From Trichodesmium erythraeum IMS101 (lineage in GTDB: Bacteria; Cyanobacteriota; Cyanobacteriia; Cyanobacteriales; Microcoleaceae): a stretch of DNA of 32,000 nt. Below the pieces are notes generated by a model. That model made no database searches and had not been told where the DNA came from. It worked only from the letters and a program-made list of their open reading frames with translations. Position 1 is the stretch's first letter, and every line of letters begins with the position of its first letter. This document shows positions 26,165-32,000 of the stretch, one piece after another. Location: the NCBI RefSeq assembly GCF_000014265.1, contig NC_008312.1:6120001-6152000 (forward strand). Direction: 5' to 3'. The translations under genes were made by a program, and so were the position numbers.

Positions 26165-26204
26165 TTCTAGTGTCAGGCACACTAGAAGCGGGTAAGATGC
26201 CCGC
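26165..26204. repeat. Two abutting hairpins: TTCTAGTGT-CAGGC-ACACTAGAA (9 bp) and GCGGG-TAAGATG-CCCGC (5 bp)
   Basis: Read directly. The first stem reuses the terminal sequence of the 25553-25757 element. Confidence 0.55.
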
Positions 26205-26334
26205 ACAAAAGGGATTTGAATGTTAATATTTATTCCTTACATATTTATGCCTTACATACTTTGGAATTTGCTCTTTATAATTATGCCAAAATTAAAAAAT
26301 AAATTAACAAAACTTTAACATAGCTTACTTTTTT

Positions 26335-26520
26335 TTAATAAGCTAGTGTTTCCAGAGTTTCTCGTAAATATAAACTAACTTGTCTATCTAACAGTATATT
26401 TTGCTGATCATTACTATTAACTTTATGTTCTAATTGCCATCTCTTAAAGCCCGAAGTTAAAGCTATCGCTTGCTTCAAACTATCCCAAACTTCAATTGAA
26501 GTAACATTAATATTACTCAT
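26335..26520 (-). CDS. Hypothetical small protein (61 aa) downstream of infB
   Basis: The ORF is on the same strand as infB, 188 nt downstream. Its composition is protein-like (MSNINVTSIEVWDSLKQAIALTSGFKRWQLEH...). I recognised no motif and saw no clear RBS. Confidence 0.3.
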   Translation of the reverse strand: MSNINVTSIEVWDSLKQAIALTSGFKRWQLEHKVNSNDQQNILLDRQVSLYLRETLETLAY

Positions 26521-26708
26521 AACATTTACCTGATTTACGGAAGGACACTCTGAGAAATTGCTGATATTTCAACTTTTTCTTTAATTTAAAGATAGCTCAC
26601 TAACCACAAACCAAGCATTTATATCATATTATATTGTCACCAAACCTTGACTTTATTAGATAATAAAACTACTCTAGTCTTTCCGAATTCTGTCCAATAC
26701 TAACTATT

Positions 26709-29700
26709 TTAGGTAGACAGTTTCCGACGCTTAGTTACCATTTGATAGGCCTCAATTATATCACCTTCACTCCAATTATTAAAGTTGTCGAAACTAACAC
26801 CACATTCATAACCTGCATTCACTTCTTTAACATCATCCTTCATACGTCTAAGGGAGTCCAATATACCTTGATATACAATTTCTCCATTGCGACGTACTCG
26901 TACTTTGCAATTACGGACAACTTTACCAGATAGCACATAGCAACCAGCAACAGCACCACGGTTAATTGTAAATACAGCACGGACTTCTACTTGACCTAAT
27001 GGTTCTTCTATAAGTTCAGGATCTAACAAACCTTCCATTGCCCCTTGGATATCATCCAAGAGTTTATAGATAACATTATATTCACGCACATCAACTCCAG
27101 CCGCATCTGCTGCCTGACGTGCTCCTGATGCCATGGTCGTATTAAAGCCAATAATTACAGCTTCACTAGCTGCTGCTAAGTCAATATCTGTCTCTGTCAC
27201 TTCTCCAGCTCCAGATAACAGTAACCTTAGTTGAACTTCTTTTTGAGGTAGTTGTCGTAGAGCTGCAACAATAGCCTCTATTGAACCTTGAACATCCCCT
27301 TTTAGTATCAAGTTAAGTTCCTTGAGCTCTCCTTCCTGTGCACGAACTGAAACAGCACCCAAACTAGTTCTACGCATTATCCGAGATTCTCTTTTCGCAT
27401 CTGCTCTTTCTGTCGTAATAGCTGAAGCTTCTTTTTCATTCTTAAACACTTTAAACTCATCACCAGCCTGAGGCACATCTCTAAGACCCAAAACTTCTAC
27501 AGCAAAGGATGGACTAGCCTTGTCTACTCGATAGCCTCGATCATCAATCATGGCCCGCACTTTTCCATAGACTGAGCCTGCAACTATAATATCTCCTACT
27601 TTTAAAGTCCCATTTTGTACTAATAAAGTAGCTACTGGGCCTCTAGCTTTATCCAAATTAGCCTCAATCACTGTACCTTTAGCTAAACGCTCTGGATTAG
27701 CTTGTAAATCTTCTACCTCCGACACCAGTAAAATCATTTCCAGTAAGGTATCCAAATTTTGTTTCTGGATAGCACTAACTGGGACCATAATTGCATCTCC
27801 ACCCCACTCTTCAGGTACTAGACCATGTTCCATCAATTCTTGTTTAACACGATCTGGGTTAGCTTCTTCCTTATCAATTTTGTTAATTGCTACTATCAGT
27901 GGTACTTCTGCTGCTTTAGCATGGCTAATAGCTTCTATAGTTTGTGGTTGTACCCCATCATCCGCAGCAACAACCAAAACAGCAACATCTGTAACTCTTG
28001 CACCCCTAGCCCTCATTGCAGTAAAAGCTTCGTGACCAGGAGTATCTAAAAATACAACTTGCTGCATTTGGCCTTCATGTTCCACGTCAACATGGTAAGC
28101 TCCTATATGCTGAGTAATACCACCTGCTTCCCCGGCTGCTACTTTAGTTGCACGAATTGAGTCTAAAAGACTGGTTTTTCCATGATCGACGTGTCCCATA
28201 ATTGTTACGACTGGAGGACGACGTTGAAGACTTGCCAAGTCTGTCTCCTCAAGTATTTCAGTTGTTTTCTTAGCTGCTGATTGCTCTTCTGGGACTTCTA
28301 TTGGAATTCCTTCTTCTTTTACCACCATTTCTATGGTAGGAATATCTAAGCTTTCAGTAATATTAACTGCTATACCCTTCATAAACAGTCTTCTGATAAT
28401 TTCTGTTTCTGGTATTGCTAAAGCCAATGCTAATTCCTGAACTGTCATAGAGGCACTTATCACTAACTTTTCTACGGGTTTTAGTTCTGCAGATTGAGTT
28501 TGTTCATTACTTTCAGACTGGACGGACTCATGGGATTGACTAGATTTCTTTTTAAGATTAGAAATATTACTACCAGGCTGGGGTTTATTTTTTTCAGTAA
28601 AACTTTTTGGCTTTGCCGGACGAGCTAAAGATAAACTCATTGTTACTGGTGCAGGTTTATTCAAAAGTTCTGCTAATTCTTCATCTTCATCTTCTAGCAA
28701 TGGTTTTAGACGAAGACGTTTATTCTTTGCACTAGATTTAGCATTTTTCTGAATAACTTCGCTAGTATCTTCTTCTTCTTCTTCCCACTTTGAAACTTTC
28801 TTATCTTTCGTTAAAGTCGGCTTACTTGGAGCTATAGTTTTTCGCCTTGGTTTTTCTAAATCATAACTTACAGTTTCTGCTACATTATCTTCAGGCTCTT
28901 TCCCTTCTAAATCTAAACCTAAGTTAACGTCTGTTGATTCTTCTTTCAAAGGTGTTGTTAGTTTAGGTTTTGGTGCAAGTTGAGGTTTTTGTTCTTGTTT
29001 GAGTTTAACTGTCGGCTTCTCTCTATGTTTTGGCTTGAGTTGAGAAGAAGTGTCAGAAGCAGATGTTTTTACACTTTCTCTATTTTGGAAAGTATCTTTA
29101 TTTTCTTTTTTAGATGCAATAGTAGGCTTTTCAATGGAAGTATCTTTATTTTCTTTTTTAGATACAATAGCAGGTTTTTCAAAAGGTTTTTCTTCCTTAT
29201 CCTTTCTTTTCTTACCTTCTTGCTTTGGTTTTTTATTTTTTTGATTCGGCTTGTTAACACCAGTATTTCGTAAATTTCGATTCAAGCTAGGAGGTGCTGG
29301 TCTTGCAGGAGGAGCTACTAACTTAGGCACTTCTACTTTGGACTTTTCATTACTATCTGTTTTCTGAGGAACATAATTTTCCTTAACAGTATTGTCTTTA
29401 TTTAATGGTCTATTGGGATGTTGCACTAGAGAATTATCGCCTACTTCTGAGTTATCTTTTAGTGTCTCTGACTTTAAAGATGAGTTTGGTCTTGATATAC
29501 CAACTCGTTCAACTTGATTATTTAAGACTGAGGTATTTGGAGGAGTTGTCACTAAATTATTGTTTATTTTGCTGTGATTTTTTTGTTGAGATTTTTCTAA
29601 TAATGGTTTAGGTTTACGTACTTCTAGTATCTGCTGTTTTTTCTGTTCGTTATAACCAATACCTGAATCTTGATTTTGAGAGTTACTTTTTTCTGGAGCA

Positions 29701-29888
29701 GCAGATAGACTAGGAGAGTGGGGTAAGTTTTCTGCTGTAGTGCGAATTAGTTCTGCTTCTGATTCTGTAATAGTGCTACTATGACTCTTCACTGATATGT
29801 TGAGCCTTTGACAAACTGCCAATATATCTTTGTTTTCCAAATTTAATTCCTTTGATAATTCGTAAATTCTTACTTTTCCATTGTTCAT
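26709..29888 (-). CDS. infB: Translation initiation factor IF-2
   Basis: 1059-aa ORF with an IF2_N start ([18 protein letters not shown]), a low-complexity K/P/E/S-rich region of about 430 aa, and a GTPase domain ([26 protein letters not shown]). The C-terminal domains are conserved through to the end. Confidence 0.97.
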   Translation of the reverse strand: MNNGKVRIYELSKELNLENKDILAVCQRLNISVKSHSSTITESEAELIRTTAENLPHSPSLSAAPEKSNSQNQDSGIGYNEQKKQQILEVRKPKPLLEKSQQKNHSKINNNLVTTPPNTSVLNNQVERVGISRPNSSLKSETLKDNSEVGDNSLVQHPNRPLNKDNTVKENYVPQKTDSNEKSKVEVPKLVAPPARPAPPSLNRNLRNTGVNKPNQKNKKPKQEGKKRKDKEEKPFEKPAIVSKKENKDTSIEKPTIASKKENKDTFQNRESVKTSASDTSSQLKPKHREKPTVKLKQEQKPQLAPKPKLTTPLKEESTDVNLGLDLEGKEPEDNVAETVSYDLEKPRRKTIAPSKPTLTKDKKVSKWEEEEEDTSEVIQKNAKSSAKNKRLRLKPLLEDEDEELAELLNKPAPVTMSLSLARPAKPKSFTEKNKPQPGSNISNLKKKSSQSHESVQSESNEQTQSAELKPVEKLVISASMTVQELALALAIPETEIIRRLFMKGIAVNITESLDIPTIEMVVKEEGIPIEVPEEQSAAKKTTEILEETDLASLQRRPPVVTIMGHVDHGKTSLLDSIRATKVAAGEAGGITQHIGAYHVDVEHEGQMQQVVFLDTPGHEAFTAMRARGARVTDVAVLVVAADDGVQPQTIEAISHAKAAEVPLIVAINKIDKEEANPDRVKQELMEHGLVPEEWGGDAIMVPVSAIQKQNLDTLLEMILLVSEVEDLQANPERLAKGTVIEANLDKARGPVATLLVQNGTLKVGDIIVAGSVYGKVRAMIDDRGYRVDKASPSFAVEVLGLRDVPQAGDEFKVFKNEKEASAITTERADAKRESRIMRRTSLGAVSVRAQEGELKELNLILKGDVQGSIEAIVAALRQLPQKEVQLRLLLSGAGEVTETDIDLAAASEAVIIGFNTTMASGARQAADAAGVDVREYNVIYKLLDDIQGAMEGLLDPELIEEPLGQVEVRAVFTINRGAVAGCYVLSGKVVRNCKVRVRRNGEIVYQGILDSLRRMKDDVKEVNAGYECGVSFDNFNNWSEGDIIEAYQMVTKRRKLST
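29091..29186 (-). repeat. 2 x 48-bp in-frame tandem duplication in the infB low-complexity region ([16 protein letters not shown] / [16 protein letters not shown])
   Basis: Copies at 29091-29138 and 29139-29186 differ at about 5 positions by hand alignment. Confidence 0.85.
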
Positions 29889-30076
29889 CCACTCTACCCT
29901 CTCTTTAAAAAATTTATTTTTACATTGTCATAATATTGATTTTAAGATTACACTACAATCATACTAGATTTATGTTCAGTTGTGTTGCCGAAAAGGTTTT
30001 TTTCAGTTTTTACTCTAGCACTTTCACATTCAGATGGAATAATTCCTAGTTGATGTCCTTACCGGAGAAATTTCTA

Positions 30077-30092
30077 AGAAGCCGAAGCTTCT
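30077..30092 (-). other. 6-bp stem with a UUCG tetraloop on the operon (minus) strand: AGAAGC-UUCG-GCUUCU
   Basis: The plus strand reads agaagccgaagcttct. On the minus strand the loop is the hyper-stable UUCG. It lies about 190 nt upstream of the infB start, within the less AT-rich core of the ylxR-infB spacer. Confidence 0.45.
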
Positions 30093-31131
30093 CTGTCAAC
30101 TATTTAATATTTCACAGGGTCCCTTACATCATCCATCCTTTTTGTTGCCCTCCCAGAGGCAGAGTCTATTTATCGTCTTGTTACTAGAGAAAAATCTAAA
30201 AAGGGTAAAAATCCCGTATCAAGCCAAAGTTACTCAACATAAAGTATAAGATTACAAACATCTTCTGACCATTTCAGAAATAGCCCTGCCTCAAGGAAAT
30301 GGTACAGTGTGAGATAACACTTTTCTCCACATCTTCTTTTATCTTCGTTTCGCTTTTACCCCATAAAACTCGACATGAGAAGGAAATATCCTCTGCAAGG
30401 GATAGCTTGTCGGAACAATATATGATCTGCCCAAGGAGCGACCAATGTATCTATGGCTACATTTATATCACAGTCCTGTTTAGTCCCACAGTTGCGAACA
30501 AAACTATATCTTTAACTAAAAAGTCTAACTTTCCTCCTGGAAATTCACAACACCAGGAAGCTTGAGATTTGGGTTCCCTTCTATATAATTACTTTAAAAT
30601 CACAACTATCTGTTTCCGCTTTTCCTTATATAAATTCTCGTATAAGTCGCTAGACTAGATCCTACGGTACTCAAAAGAATTTATGGCCTTTTTGTGCTCA
30701 ATTCTATAACAACTCTTGTCATTGGCGGTGCCACACTGCTTTTTGATCATTTCATAATTCAAATCCTCTCAAACAATTTTTTGGAAGTTGGCTGAATTTC
30801 AGTATATAATTTATACAGAAAATATTAAGTATGTATTTCAATTTGGCCATATTTTTTAGTAAATAGTAGTACTTTTTTACAGGATTTTGACCCTCTACTT
30901 TTCTCAAGATGTTCAGTATTTCAACTAAAACATTCGATTCCTACTGTCAAAGGAAATAGGCAGCAGACAATAGGAAATATAAAGTCTAAATTAGTCTAAT
31001 CTTAACATAAAGCTATAGTAGAGGTAGAATCTCATTCTAGACAACGCCTTTCCAAACAAATATTTCTGCACCTAAGAATTTAGCTGTCAGCCATCAGCTT
31101 ATTTATGATGCTTAAATCTAGCTTTAGTGAC

Positions 31132-31260
31132 TAAGTAGGTAGGCATAAAAAACCTAGCTATATTAATATCTATGTACTGACTTCAAGCTCCTCTATACAG
31201 TTTATTTGAGGTTAATTTACATTCTGTTAGATAACGACAAATTTCAACACTGACCTACTT
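31132..31260 (+). mobile_element. MITE-like element of about 130 nt, copy Y, with 8-bp terminal inverted repeats AAGTAGGT / ACCTACTT
   Basis: See copy X (21027-21157). It is inserted 17 nt downstream of the ylxR stop codon, inside the ylxR-infB spacer. Confidence 0.75.
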
Positions 31261-31276
31261 GGACTGTAGTTTTCGA

Positions 31277-31531
31277 TCATAAACTTTCTAATCTTTGCCA
31301 TAATGATTGATATATTTCTGGTGATACATAAGCTTTTAGTGAACGACCCAACTTATTTTTTTTATGAGCAATTTTCAAACATTCTATTTGTCCACAACAA
31401 ATGTAAGCTGAACGACCTTCTCCTTGATCTAATTTAATAGTATCAGATTTCTTGCTCCGAACAACTCGCCAAAATTCCTCTTTAGGAGCCAGTTTTTTGC
31501 AACTAACACATCTACGGTAATTGGGTTTCAT
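31277..31531 (-). CDS. ylxR: YlxR/DUF448-family RNA-binding protein of the nusA-infB operon
   Basis: 84-aa ORF with RRCVSCKKLAPKEEFWRVVR and GRSAYIC...C...A.KKNKLGRSLK, the YlxR signature. Confidence 0.85.
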   Translation of the reverse strand: MKPNYRRCVSCKKLAPKEEFWRVVRSKKSDTIKLDQGEGRSAYICCGQIECLKIAHKKNKLGRSLKAYVSPEIYQSLWQRLESL

Positions 31532-32000
31532 TTTAACTCCCTTTGTAACTAATTTTTTCAGTCAATTATGAGCGCCCTTTCTGTGGGAATTTATTGGAAT
31601 AACGATTGTAAGCTTTAACTTTCAGCCATCTCAAAGCTCTTAACTGTCTCCCAATAAATATAGTTAATATTGTACCTATTCCTTTATAACTTGCACTATT
31701 AAAAGTAAGTTGTTTTTAGAAAAACTTTCTACTTTTAGATATTCATATTTTTTCAATTCATAATCAGTTAATCTAAAATTATAGTTTTTTCTACTTGATG
31801 AAGTAACTATATTCATAATTATAGTATAGTAGAGAATAGGGAGCCTACTAGATGAATTGGAGAAATAGGAAATAATCCCCAAATATTTACTTTGTGAATT
31901 ATACCGAATCTGCTGTAATTTACAAATTCAGACCCAGAGAAGTTGCTATTAAATAGTAAAGTTGTTCTTAATTAAGAAAATCTTCTCTGAGTAATAAATG

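Noticed and set aside
26742-29611. ORFs 26742-26933, 27825-28049, 28980-29273, 29050-29244, 29405-29611 (plus strand) and 29069-29260 (minus strand, alternative frame)
   Set aside because: They lie inside infB. They are by-products of A/T-rich low-complexity coding DNA, giving poly-F/L/K translations.
30299-30565. 88-aa plus-strand ORF in the ylxR-infB spacer
   Set aside because: It is on the opposite strand to the operon, with no RBS and no motif. The minus strand here has only an open stretch of about 55 codons without a start. I treat the region as non-coding or relic.
31968-32000. Possible C-terminal end of nusA at the right edge (minus strand)
   Set aside because: All three minus-strand frames run only 8-16 codons from the window edge before a stop. 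I cannot decide the frame or identity from so little sequence.
1-32000. tRNA, rRNA, tmRNA, RNase P RNA, known riboswitches, NtcA (GTA-N8-TAC) and LexA boxes
   Set aside because: I scanned spacers by eye for T-loop (GGTTCGAAT-like) and other signature motifs and for GTA-N8-TAC in promoter regions, and found nothing convincing. A proper covariance-model or PWM scan is needed before excluding them.

Overview
The window is a visibly AT-rich cyanobacterial chromosome segment. Support for that origin: six copies of the HIP1 octamer GCGATCGC, plus raf1, menG, a DUF3493-like gene and the ylxR-infB operon. I can support 18 protein-coding genes: bcp, intein-containing gyrB, miaA, an aldose-1-epimerase-like gene, a 940-aa repeat protein, a TPR protein, a Usp-like/SLC13-DASS operon, cysC, a PhyH-like dioxygenase, raf1, a REC-GAF response regulator, menG, DUF445, DUF3493-like, a small hypothetical, infB and ylxR. 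By hand sum they cover only about 64% of the window. The rest lies in ORF-free spacers of 0.75-1.9 kb. These spacers hold decayed gene relics (a gp25-like baseplate gene and an IS1-type transposase N-terminus), at least two families of MITE-like inverted-repeat elements, dispersed hairpin repeats and short tandem repeats. Low coding density, HIP1 and a GyrB intein together fit a Trichodesmium-like filamentous cyanobacterium; this is an inference, not verified. I recognised no rRNA, tRNA or CRISPR array, and no obvious defence island. The points most worth follow-up are: (1) a 1.39-kb partly structured spacer inside the normally compact ylxR-infB operon; (2) the small mobile or dispersed repeat families, including repeats that bracket raf1; (3) the DUF4347/propeller repeat protein, whose repeats are nearly identical at DNA level and which carries a fresh in-frame 33-bp duplication; (4) the gyrB mini-intein with a possible degenerate HNH-like insert; (5) the permease/APS-kinase/dioxygenase neighbourhood. 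All homology calls come from motif recognition by eye, with no database search.
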